Program-made: the position numbers and the translations under genes
The notes under the pieces: model-generated
Database searches by the model: none
The model's input: only the letters and a program-made list of their open reading frames with translations
What the model was told of the DNA's origin: nothing
DNA from: Tubiluchus corallicola
Taxonomy: Eukaryota; Animalia; Priapulida
Assembly (NCBI GenBank): GCA_030141605.1
Contig: JAQGDQ010000007.1
Location: 979,173-1,043,172 of the forward strand
Direction of reading: 5' to 3'
DNA: 64,000 nt
Shown: positions 30,401 through 41,900 of the stretch, in pieces
How the letters are laid out: every line of letters starts with the position of its first letter
How positions within the stretch are numbered: position 1 is the stretch's first letter

Positions 30401-33400
30401 CTCGGCCTGATACCAGATTTTATTCTTGTTCTCGCCAGCGCTCTCATTTAAACTTGAAAATTACAAAACGGTTGTTGCGCAACTAAAAGTTTGACCCCGT
30501 TTGCAACTTTTCATCGCGCAATTTCTAGTTACATCTAACTGCGCACTCTAATCAGTAGCTTTTCAGCGGTCTTCAGTGTAGTAACACTTGTACGCGTTGA
30601 CTGTACAATAAACGCTTCTTTTTATTGTTTTCAAATGTGCAACTCTACATTACAAGTCCGACATCATGGCGATATGTAATATTGTATGACAATACTATAA
30701 AATCGTTGGAACAGCAGGCTTCTTAAGAAATGAGCAAAATTACTACTTGACGCTTGGAATCCAATATCCCTACAGCAACCCATATAAGCGAATAATGTAG
30801 GCTAGAAGAGCATTGGTTTCACAACGAGCGCCGTATTGATCGCATAATCATCCCGCTTCCTTCAAAATGTCCCGTGAGAAATGCCGAGAATGTTTTTGTT
30901 TTATTGCGTCCTTTTCCTGGCGATTAACGACTGGACCGCTCTAGCTGAGTATGTCCATTGCGATTGTAATGTTGGGAATTAAACTGCAATATGATGGCTT
31001 TGCTTGCCGGTGCAGTGGCAAGCTATTAATATTTGGCTCTCGTGGCCTGCTCCAGAACATGAAAGGACTTCATGTAAGTTGTCGAGGTCGAAGTTACGTA
31101 GTTGCAATGATATTTAGTTAACACCGCTATAAGTAAAGAGTTGTTTTGGTGAACATAGATAACTTACGTTTATAACATTGCTCGAAGCTTCCAAAATCTC
31201 TGGGGTGCTTTGAAATGAAAACAGGGTTTCCCGTTTCTATAGAAAGTACGACCACCACTTTTACCGCTGTTTATGGTACCCATGTTCAAGTGGCTGAAAG
31301 CAAAATTATTGCTTATCCATTATAGCATCTCTCTTTTGGGTGCATTATGAAGTGCATGCGTTTTATGGTACGAATCATAAGACAAAATTACCACTGAGCA
31401 GAGTGGAATTAATTCCACATTATGATGTCCAGTCAGACTTGTGTATAAAATCTGGTGGTAACAGCGTTCATTTGTGACTTAAAGATATTCACAAAAATGT
31501 ATACAATAGTTTTTACAGAAAACTAATGCTATTTGCAGTTAAGCTAGAGGTTCCAACATAAGCTATTATATCGTTGAGTTTGTTTTCATTTCTCAAGTAG
31601 AAAACGCAAGGAAAGTGACGCATGGAACTGCTGTCAGAAAATCAGAAAATTTACGATTTTTTCTCGAAATCCCTATGCAACAAAAATGTTTATTTCACAG
31701 TGAAAACGCGCGCCCTGTACAACAACATTGCGAGTTACAGGCATGTAGGCATATTAGGAGCATTTCACCGTGACGCCTCATGAGGATGAGTTTTTGTTTT
31801 ATTGCCAGAATGTTTTTGTTTTATTGCGTCCTTTTCCTGGCGATTAACGACTGGACCGCTCTAGCTGAGTATGTCCATTGCGATTGTAATGTTGGGAATT
31901 AAAGTGCAATATGATGGCTTTGCTTGCCGGTGCAGTGGCAAGCTATTAATATTTGGCTCTCGTGGCCTGCTCCAGAACATGAAAGGACTTCATGTAAGTT
32001 GTCGAGGTCGAAGTTACGTAGTTGCAATGATATTTAGTTAACACCGCTATAAGTAAAGAGTTGTTTTGGTGAACATAGATAACTTACGTTTATAACATTG
32101 CTCGAAGCTTCCAAAATCTCTGGGGTGCTTTGAAATGAAAACAGGGTTTCCCGTTTCTATAGAAAGTACGACCACCACTTTTACCGCTGTTTATGGTACC
32201 CATGTTCAAGTGGCTGAAAGCAAAATTATTGCTTATCCATTATAGCATCTCTCTTTTGGGTGCATTATGAAGTGCATGCGTTTTATGGTACGAATCATAA
32301 GACAAAATTACCACTGAGCAGAGTGGAATTAATTCCACATTATGATGTCCAGTCAGACTTGTGTATAAAATCTGGTGGTAACAGCGTTCATTTGTGACTT
32401 AAAGATATTCACAAAAATGTATACAATAGTTTTTACAGAAAACTAATGCTATTTGCAGTTAAGCTAGAGGTTCCAACATAAGCTATTATATCGTTGAGTT
32501 TGTTTTCATTTCTCAAGTAGAAAACGCAAGGAAAGTGACGCATGGAACTGCTGTCAGAAAATCAGAAAATTTACGATTTTTTCTCGAAATCCCTATGCAA
32601 CAAAAATGTTTATTTCACAGTGAAAACGCGCGCCCTGTACAACAACATTGCGAGTTACAGGCATGTAGGCATATTAGGAGCATTTCACCGTGACGCCTCA
32701 TGAGGATTTTCCTCGTGAGCAATTTTGCTGCCAGCTAGAAGGTATGCGTCCTTCTCACGACGAAAGTTGCCGCACTGTAGAAATCCTGCATGTTCTATTT
32801 TCGTGAGGAATCCTCGTGGAATTACGATTAAAATTTAACTGCTCAATTACTTCTTTCTTGTTTAACGAACAACAATTAACACATTTTAACATAAAATTAT
32901 AAGGATTTAATCTCTCTTTTAACAGAAGAGACGATTTTGTGTGTTATTTTTTGTAATAGCCATGGTCATTTCTCTTGATCGTCTTTCAAATGCCCATACA
33001 AGGTTGGAACAACACCACGGTGCTCTATTGATTCGTTAATTGGGTTCCGTCAATAACGATGGTAATTAATACTATCGTAATTATAGTTAACAGTTAGTAA
33101 AAACATGACGTCGTCTTCATTATCCATGTTGACGATCGAGTAATAGCTGTAAACCTGCAACTCGCAAAGTAGCTGCAACTAACTGGACGAGCGGAAAAAA
33201 ACGCACATTGAAATGTTTTTTTTTCTGAAAATTTTCTGATTTTCTGACAGCAATTTCGTGTGTCATTTTCTTTGCGTCCTCACTGTGAAATGGGCCTTAC
33301 TCGTCAACATAGACAGCGAAGACGACATCATGCTTTTACTAAGTGCTACTATTTATCATCTTTATTGGGTGTACCCAATTAACAAAATAAGACAGCACCG

Positions 33401-36229
33401 TGGTGATGTTGCAACCTTGTACGAAAATTTGAGAGAAGATTTGCAGAAATTTACAGTTAGATTAGTATCACTCCGGACACTTACGACGAGTTATTAGCTT
33501 TGCTGCAGGACTCGATTACAAAAAAGATGTAAACTTCAGGGACTGGGTTGACCCTTCGTTTAAAAGCTGTTAGTAACCTTTAGGTAACGAACTTTAACTT
33601 CTTGTAAGTTTTCTTGTGCGAGTCATGTTTCACAATTTCAATAAAAATCATAATGATTACTTCTGCTTTTTGTTTAAACTGACAACGATTGTATACTATT
33701 ATTTATGTTATACAATAATTGCATACTTTAATAAAACATAAAGTCGCTTGTTTGTTAAGGCGAAAAATCTTATATTTTATTAATCTTTATTAATCTTATT
33801 AAATCTTATAATCTTATGCTGAAATATATTAATTGTTGATCGTTAAACAAGAAATAACTAATTGAGTAGTTAATTATTAATCATAAATTCTGAGAGGGAT
33901 CCTCACGAAAATGGAACATGCAATATTTCTACCATGCGGTAATTTTCCTCGTGAGAAGAATACATAGCTTCTAGTTGGCAGCAGAATTCCTCGCGAGGAA
34001 TTGCGGGAGGAAAATTGCCATTGCGAAATGCGCCATGTGTTCCATTTTCGTGAGGAATACCGCAAGGAATTTCTCCTCAACGGATTTTGTCGTCGCCCTC
34101 ATTGTGAAATGGGCTTAAGTTTGTAAAAGTAGATAGTTGTCATGATAGTGATTAGTGACTGTCGACAAAGTGTCATCATTATTTTTTTTCGTACTTGTCC
34201 TTATCGTCGTAGTCGTTGTTGTCGTCACTGTCATCATCATCATCATTAATCATTAACATTTGCCATTATAACCCATCATTGTCATTATGATTACCACCGC
34301 TTTCATCATCATCATTATCATCATCATCATCGTCGTCGTCGTCATCATCATTATCATCATCACCATCAAATCATCATCATCATCCATTATCATAGCCACC
34401 GTCATCATCGTAATCATCATCATCAATGTTATTATCATCATCACCATTATCACTATTATCACCGTCGTCATTATCGCCATTATAAGCATAGTCATCACCA
34501 TCATCACAGTAATTGTCGTTGCCATAGTAAACTGCTTTGTATGTTAAATTATTCATAATTTTAACTTGAAGATTATCATTAATGACCTTTGGACTACCAT
34601 AGCGGCCTTGTGGTTCTCGCATCAGCTTTGTAAGCCGAAAGTCCCTGGTTCAAATCCAGACAGTCTTTCAACTTTTCACATTTCCTTGTTACCAAACTTT
34701 AATTAACTGTGGATTTATTCCGTCATGTTTGTATAGTGTTCTGTTGTTATGGATATCACTGCAATCAAAGAACAACTTCGCATTCAATAAATGACATAAA
34801 TTACAGGTGCGTAGTTACAGCTTAATTATATAATAACATTTATTGTTGGAAAGGCTTTTGAAAAATAAAAGCAGGGCCTTTTGTCTGTTATAACACTTTT
34901 GTTAGATAAAATGCATTTTTATATTTTTTGTTGAAGTAGACTTTTCATTAGTAAGTTTATTTATTTTTCAGCATCTGCTTTAAAGTGCTATGAATGCTGG
35001 GATGTAGCTGATAACAAAGACTGTGTCCAAGAGGAAAATTTAGTAGATTGTAGTACCAAAAAAATAGCTACAGATACATGCGAAACTACGATAAATTATC
35101 ACAGTAAGTTATCACAAAGTGCTTATACTAATGCTTATTGTTGTTATCTATCTCTTGCTATCTACTGTTATTATTACCTACTAAAATTATGTCTGCTTTA
35201 AAATATATGTAAATGTACAAAATATGGCAGTTGATATGGATCTGATGTGTTCCTTGGAGATATTGTCGTTCCACAAAGCAACCGTTTTTTTTTGTTATTT
35301 TTGTGATCGTTTGTTCTTAATGCAGTCTCTTCAGTTGAGAAGCTGTGACTTTGTGAGTTTTGCAAAGTTAGTATATATGTGTCTGCTTGCAGTTGCGAGT
35401 ACTACTCTGTGCTGCACTTGAAGGAAAAACAGATTGATCTCAACATGACAAATGTTAAGGCACGTCAACTGGTTTAGAAAATGCACGAAAAAAACAACGA
35501 ATTGATTTAAATAAACAAATATCCTTAATACGAAATTCGAAGTTTGTTTCGTTCACGAAGTAAAGATCTAGCACTCTTTAATTTTTTGTCAATTTATATT
35601 TTAAGCGTTGTAAAAGTTGAATAGCTACCTTCCACATCTGCTTCCACGTTGTCAGTGACCATCTTAATGACGAGTTTTTTTGTCGCAGATTTACATCTTC
35701 TTATCCTTCAATTTGCACTCAATTCGAAAAAAAATGTAAAATGAGTACAGTTTATACTGCAACACGTGGTGTACCACATGGATCGATACTCAGACCGCTG
35801 TTATTTATTTGATCTATTACTGATGACTTATCAACATTGTACTAACAGAGAGCGAACAAATTGGATGAAAGCAAGCAAATTGTCAGTTAACTACGCCAAG
35901 CACATTATTAAAGATTAGCAGTGCAAATTGCTTTTTCTTTTCCAGAAACTACCGGTTACAGCATAACAAAGAAGTGCGCCTTACGTCCCTGTTCTTTATC
36001 TGTGAATGAATTAATGGGATGGCAGTGCGGAGATACAAACAGAGATGCTTGGACTTGTACTAGGTGCTGTGAGGAAGATGGGTGCAATTACATAGACCCC
36101 AAATCGAAACGTTTTCTGACTGGCAGTAGCAGAGCTAGTACACGGACCAGTGGCACGGAGATCATTATAATAACTGCCTTTGCATCAAGCTTAATAGTTA
36201 AACTCTACTTCAATGGAAACAGGCGGTGA
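27378..36229 (+). CDS. Ly6/uPAR (LU) domain protein, LYPD6-like, paralog B; exons 27378-27441, 34972-35103, 35946-36229 (159 aa)
   Basis: MMLKLKAWELVLLLVVYSVAK/ASALKCYECWDVADNKDCVQEENLVDCSTKKIATDTCETTINYH/KTTGYSITKKCALRPCSLSVNELMGWQCGDTNRDAWTCTRCCEEDGCNYIDPK...IIIITAFASSLIVKLYFNGNRR*. This is the classic three-exon Ly6 layout with phase-1 introns. The 12-Cys spacing and SITKKCA resemble LYPD6/LYPD6B. Confidence 0.88.
28329..29242 (-). mobile_element. PIF/Harbinger deletion derivative, family 1, minus-strand copy
   Basis: GGCCC..GCGCAATT termini at both ends, left one preceded by TTA. Minus-strand remnant MELEKFACICILLIHKR...YKLYH..RAHSTELFSYYRMSPNSFDELL matches the Harbinger transposase N-terminal pattern. 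Confidence 0.8.
29243..30520 (+). mobile_element. PIF/Harbinger derivative, family 1, plus-strand 5'-truncated copy
   Basis: ALEDVTCIYALLIYKK...LLKGQFYKFYDDLRAHPSKFLSY*; 29680-29790 and 30460-30511 are reverse-complement homologs of 28417-28610. Confidence 0.75.
30887..32707. repeat. Recent tandem duplication: 901-bp copies at 30887-31787 and 31807-32707 with a 19-bp junction insert
   Basis: Offset is exactly 920; the only mismatch I found is C30984 vs G31904. Confidence 0.97.
32503..34115 (+). mobile_element. PIF/Harbinger derivative, family 2, outer plus-strand copy (interrupted)
   Basis: Degenerate 5' end near 32503; 3' TIR tgtgaaatgggct followed by TAA. Transposase remnant at 33309-33583: DSEDDIMLLL..YWVYPINKIRQHRGDVATLYENLREDLQKF..TYDELLALLQDSITKK/DVNFRD..LLVTFR, then a gt donor. 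Confidence 0.85.
32677..33296 (-). mobile_element. PIF/Harbinger derivative, family 2, inner inverted copy with TTA target-site duplication
   Basis: TTA|ggagcatttcaccgtga ... tcactgtgaaatgggcc|TTA; minus-strand remnant MDNEDDVMFLL..PINESIEHRGVVPTLYGHLKDDQEK is homologous to the outer copy. Confidence 0.88.
34200..34520. repeat. Degenerate (CAT/CGT/TAT)n trinucleotide tract
   Basis: About 300 bp of low-complexity sequence that produces the poly-I/poly-M/poly-D pseudo-ORFs. Confidence 0.93.
34591..34666 (+). other. tRNA-like sequence (SINE head or pseudo-tRNA)
   Basis: A-box-like tagcggccttgtgg, B-box ggttcaaatcc within a ctgg/ccag T-stem, and an anticodon-like loop tttgtaa. The acceptor stem pairs only partly (gact/agtc). 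Confidence 0.55.
34972..35103 (+). CDS. LU protein B, exon 2
   Basis: ttttcag acceptor, gtaagt donor, LKCYEC motif. Confidence 0.92.
35946..36229 (+). CDS. LU protein B, exon 3
   Basis: tttccag acceptor; CTRCCEEDGCN; corresponds to ORF 35921..36229. Confidence 0.92.
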
Positions 36230-38979
36230 GACAGCAAAAGTAATTCCGGTTCAATAATTTTTCTATTATAATGAGTACTATGTAGGCATTATAATTCAAA
36301 GTGGTAAGCTTTAGTTAACAGTATTATATAATCATTTATAGGCCAAAATACATTTAGAACATCGTCCTCAGTTCCACTGATTTCTACTTAATTTGCCTTA
36401 TAAAATGACATCAAAGCGTACAAATTGCATTTCATGGTAACAATAGAAAAGTTAGCAATAATTCAGTATAATGGGCATCATCTTTTACTTGACTGCTGCT
36501 TTAAATCGCATCAGCTACTTTTCTATTTCATTGTTTCCGTCATCACAAATATTCCTTGTTGGTGCAAGAGTCTTCTACAACAGCGTCAACTGAAACATTA
36601 AAAAGCGAAGTTTTGATTTTAGTGTTGTGTTGTCATTATTATTATTATACATCAATATGCCTAGTTGTTGCGAACAATACAACTTAATGGGCTTCCAAAC
36701 TACTTGAAAATGGAATGGTTTTCTAGGCGTTTAGTAAGGTTAAAGGTATTGTAAGTTATCTCTAGCAGTCAAGACCGATTGCATTTCGTGAAAAACACTG
36801 TATCAGGAATTCGTAATTGCATCCATTAACGCCATTAACGTAAAGCAGTATGTCGTAAATTTCGTGCAATCACGCAATTTTGGCCAGTTGCATTTACAAA
36901 AATAGAGAATAAATCTATTCTCTCTCTCTTTCTCTCTCTCTTCTCTCTATTTTTCTGTGCTCAGCCTTTTTCGACTATTTTAGCTATGATCTTATTCTAC
37001 GACAAAGACCAGAAATGATTTCCGGGTCGATTTCTGTGAACTAGTGCTATATAAGTGTGTGATTATTGTTGAACTGTCTTTTTCTTCAGTTCACGTTTGT
37101 AATGCATGTACATAACAATATTTTCATTGAATAGCTTAACTTTCGATTTCTGTTGTCAGTTAGTGTTAAGGGAGAATAACCAAAATTATTTTATTTACGA
37201 CTCTAATCTGTATGGTGTTTTATATAATGTATTATAGTGCATGGTATTCTGCAATTATGTGCACATTTAGCTTTTAACTTACATTAGGTACTCGTCTATT
37301 CCATATTAAACTATGTTGCATGTGGTGCCGATTTTTTCTTAAAAATAACATTATAGTATGCATTGTGCTTATATGTGTATAGTCTATGTCACACTGTTAT
37401 TTCGGCTTTATAATCGCTAATTTTTAACCTCCCATATAGGTCCACAAAAGAAAACTATGATTCCTACTCTTTTAAATTCGTAAAATTGTCACTTTAGGTT
37501 CATTTCTGATCTTAATGAAGCAGATACCATTATATGCGATATACGACTTAGCCAATAGGTCTGCTACTCGGCTTTTAAAAATATAGTCTCTGTCGAAGGT
37601 GACAATGTTATTTCCACATTATAATAATAAATGTATTAAAATTTGTCTATAAAAATTTATGTACTTTATACGTATGATTTTATGTAAATGATTTTTTTCT
37701 GTTTAATTTTCTAATCTTAATTGATTGTGATTTTTCAACTATAGTTAATGTAGTACATCAAAATAAAAAAATACCAATCTTACCATTTTTACTCACTCTA
37801 GACTATCAAAACTAAAATTATGAACACATTTCAGCTTAAAAAAGATTCTTAACAAAACTGAATCAATTGAGATCCAAGTCTCCGAGCATGACCGCGCTTT
37901 ACTATGCCTGGTCTAGTGTAGTTCGCTCATGTGTGACTGACCAGAGTGCACAGTGCTCGTGACTGTCAATTGACTATATCCGGTCCAGTGCTATTTACTC
38001 ATGTGTGACTGAACAGTTTGCCTATTTGGGTTCTATCCCGGGCCCTTAAACAATCCCAGCTTATTCTATCATACCATTATGTGAGCCCCGGGTCACGTGT
38101 GTATATTGGAAGTTTGTGATTCTAAAGTTTTAGAGTTATTCACTGTTATGACTCCATTACTAACGTGACGATGACAGCAAACGGGCTTCTTTGTTGCTCA
38201 CGGTTTAAAAATATTAATTTTTGGAATTTTGCTAATCAAATTCTATAGCCAGGTCTGTACAAACTAATTATCACGCGAACGATTATGTTTTACTCAGTCA
38301 TAAATCAGTGATTTTATAAATTCCGTTTACATGTATGCTGATTCTGGTCACGTTTTGACAAAGTGTTCTTCGGAATTGTATTAATTAATAACTTCACCAG
38401 TTTAATTTATAACAAACGTGATGTAAATGGTGTAAACGTTCAATCGCTCCAAATGCAGTATAGTTACAGTACGTGGTGTAACGAAATCCTTTGCTACAGA
38501 GGTTACAAACAGAAGTGCAGTACAGAACATTACAAGGGTAATATATAGGTTTTTTCACTCAAATATTGACACGCCTAGTATCAAATATGACATTCATCAT
38601 CAAATACGACTAGGTCGTCCAAATGTAACAAAAACCATGGACATAGGCTGATGCATAAAGGGTTGCTGTTCTTGTCGTTGTTATGCTGTTATTGTGATTA
38701 TTATTGCTGTAAAATTATTATGAACTGCCTGAAATGTTATAAGCATAATGGTTTGTCGTCAGTTGACGTGTGAACATCGTCGTGCAAATCGTCCTGCTAA
38801 TGAATTAATTTACGCAGAACTGGTTTTACTTGATGCTGCAAGCCTCGTAGTTTAAACTATGATATAACATAGGTTACTGGTAATGTATTTTTTACCTGTA
38901 AAATTACAATCTGAACAACAACAAAACTACTAAAAATGAGTGAAGAATAGCCAAAGAGAAGTAACATGGAGCAAATAAA

Positions 38980-41900
38980 AATGAAAGTAGAAGTTTATGG
39001 GAAAATTTTCCATCAACGCTGAACATGACGATGCCGGGAAAATTGTTGTGCGAGGTGAGAAAGTGAACAAAATCACCGATGGATTGAGGAATGCGATGAA
39101 GATCGTGGAACCAAACTCTACGTGTGATCAGACAAATAACGAACAAGGTACTGTTCTAACCTATAAAATCACCGTATCGAAAAAATTGACCTGGGAAAAA
39201 TCTTCAATAACAGTATTGTTATCACAGAAGACTGCTACATAAAATAGTGTAATGAGAAACTAGCAACGTTACTAAACATGGCAATGGAAGCCACTGTTTT
39301 AAGTGACACTGAACTAGTAAATATAAACAACGAAGCCCTACACCAAGACAAGAAATTGTATATGAAAGCAGCGACAATGAAATAAATACAAAAGAGAATG
39401 ACGTAACATATATAAACAAAGATGACATCCTACGAGAAAATGCCTTTAATGAGAACAGGGATAGTACACCAAACCTAACAATAAAGCTAACAATGAATCC
39501 ATAAACGAAATATCCATATAAGCAGTAGAACAAGATAATGAAAATTATGTAGAAGTCCTGCCCTCAGTGCAAAACAAAAATGAGTCTTGTGAAAGAAACG
39601 AACCTGACTGAGTTCACATAGATTCAGTTTTTAAATCTCCTCCCCCTAAGCAAGCAAAACAAATCGATCATGATCGAAGTTCAAGCGAAAAGGTGCATCC
39701 AACCCGAAACATCTACAGTGACAACAAACACTTACGCCAGTGTTGTCAGTAATAACGGGAAACGTGATAAGGTGAACACCTCAAACACGACACCTGCTTT
39801 ATTAGCCGTTGAACGTCGTTGAGTACACAGACATCCTAAGCAAACATGATATGACACCACTGAATGACAAAGAACCAACAAGAATTACAAAAACAACATC
39901 TACTCTTATAGATCCTATATTAGTACAAGACAATTTTCAAATCTATACCAAACCACTTCTCAGACCATAACTATATTATCTGTATTACGAAAATGAGCAC
40001 ACATTTACAAAAAAATAATGAATTCACCTACAAATATAGCGAAAATATGAATAACATCAACCAAGATATGTTTCTGTCAGACTAGAATAAAATGCTCTGG
40101 CAAGAAACATATCAAACAATTGATATAGACTTACAAATTGAAATTTTATTAAACAATATTAAATACTGCCTAGTTATTTATGCTCCAATACAGAAAATCA
40201 AATTGTCAAATAAAAGAACACTTCCACAACGTAATAAATCTGCCAGAATTAACTAAATTACAACAAGAAAAAAATGTTCTATTGAAAACATTTATGTCGA
40301 CAAAACAGCTCATCGGCCATAATGCTTACAAAAAGCAAGGAACCGTTTCAATACAAGAAACTCTAATTTAAAAAATAATTATTATAAAAGCAAGTGCTTA
40401 AATGCAAAAGCATCAAAAGAAAAATGGCAGGTCATAAACAAGGTTTTAAATAAAACAAACACACAAACCTCCATAAATAAAATTATCATGAATAACAAAG
40501 TGTACAAGAATCAAGAAATAGCAAACATACTTAACAACACCTTCTTAAAATGGGTGAGTACAAAGGAGACCCATCATACAAAAAAGGGAATATGACGAAA
40601 TATTTCTTACCAAAAAAGTAAACTGTGCCTTTAGATTCATGCCAACTGATCCAACAGAAATAATATCCATTATTAACAACATGAAACATTCCAAAAGTGC
40701 AGGTCCATGTGATATTCCTATTAAAGCTATAAAATGATCTGGTGCCATCCTAGCTCCACATATCTCTTATATATTCAACCAAATGGTAATGAGAGGAAGC
40801 TTTCCAAATATATGCAAGATAGCTAATGTAACTCCAAAAGATTAAAATGGAAATCTTGAAACACCAGAAAATTACCGCCCAATACCTATTGTACATGCAG
40901 TTTCTAAAATTTTTGAAAAACTAATTCACAAACAAATATACAAATAATTGGTAGATAATAATATTCTAAAAAACATTGATTTGGTTATGAAAAGAAATAT
41001 AGCACAGTGGACGCAATGTGAAAGTTGTAACTGTATATTTTAGGTGCTGCCATCTATTGATTAGTCACTTTAACATTTTACTAGTTAAACTCACCCCTAG
41101 TATAATTGCTCGGTCCAGTGAATATGCAAACTCACTGGATCTCCCCTATTTTTACTGTAATGAGATATGTGAAGCCAAGTTTTTGCATAGTTCTCTACCT
41201 ATATATACTGGCTGGATTTCACTTCTAGCCACTGTCTAACTGTCACGTTCTCAGTGCAGTGCAGTCGTGCTACACACTGTTTAACTCACACTCTCACTGC
41301 AGTGCAGCAGTCGTGATCTTCATTTTACTTGTGTATTTAGTATAATAAACGGTTTCAGTTTTTGTGCAGATATGTAATATAGTGTTCATTCGTTTTCTAC
41401 AAGTGTTCAACTTCATACATGACTTTCACACGCAAAAATTTATATAACTCAAATATGGCGCTACTTTTTAAACGATAAATACACAGCTTCTGCCTTTCTT
41501 GATTTGAGCAAGGTTTCTGACAGCCTCTCACACACCATTTTATTAAAAAAATTGAACGCCATTGCATTTGACAACTATTCTGTCAAACTTATTCAAGATT
41601 ATCTACCTACCAGTAAACAAGGGGCTAAATTAAATGACATATACTCAAATTGGGGCAATAATATTAATGGAGTACTTCAAGGCACAATTCTAGGCCCACA
41701 GCTATCTATCATATATACGTAAACGGTATTTCAAACATAATAAGTAACTGCCATATCGTACAATATGCCGATGATGCTAACATCACAACCAGTAGCATTA
41801 ATTCCTTTAGTGCAGTAGACCAATTCAAATCAAAAGTAGAATAAATGAAATATATTCTGTATATTCTCGATTATTAGCAACTTAAGATGAACCCAGAAAA

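Noticed and set aside
34253-34622. Poly-Met/Ile/Asp ORFs, also poly-Asp/His at 22878-23152 and poly-Gln at 26907-27173
   Set aside because: Trinucleotide repeats that are stop-free by composition; no splice or domain support.
38651-38773. 40-codon ORF MHKGLLFLSLLCC...NCLKCYKH as a third Ly6 gene
   Set aside because: It lies in a TTG/TTA low-complexity tract, lacks the second Cys of CxxC and the rest of the LU pattern, and has no splice structure.
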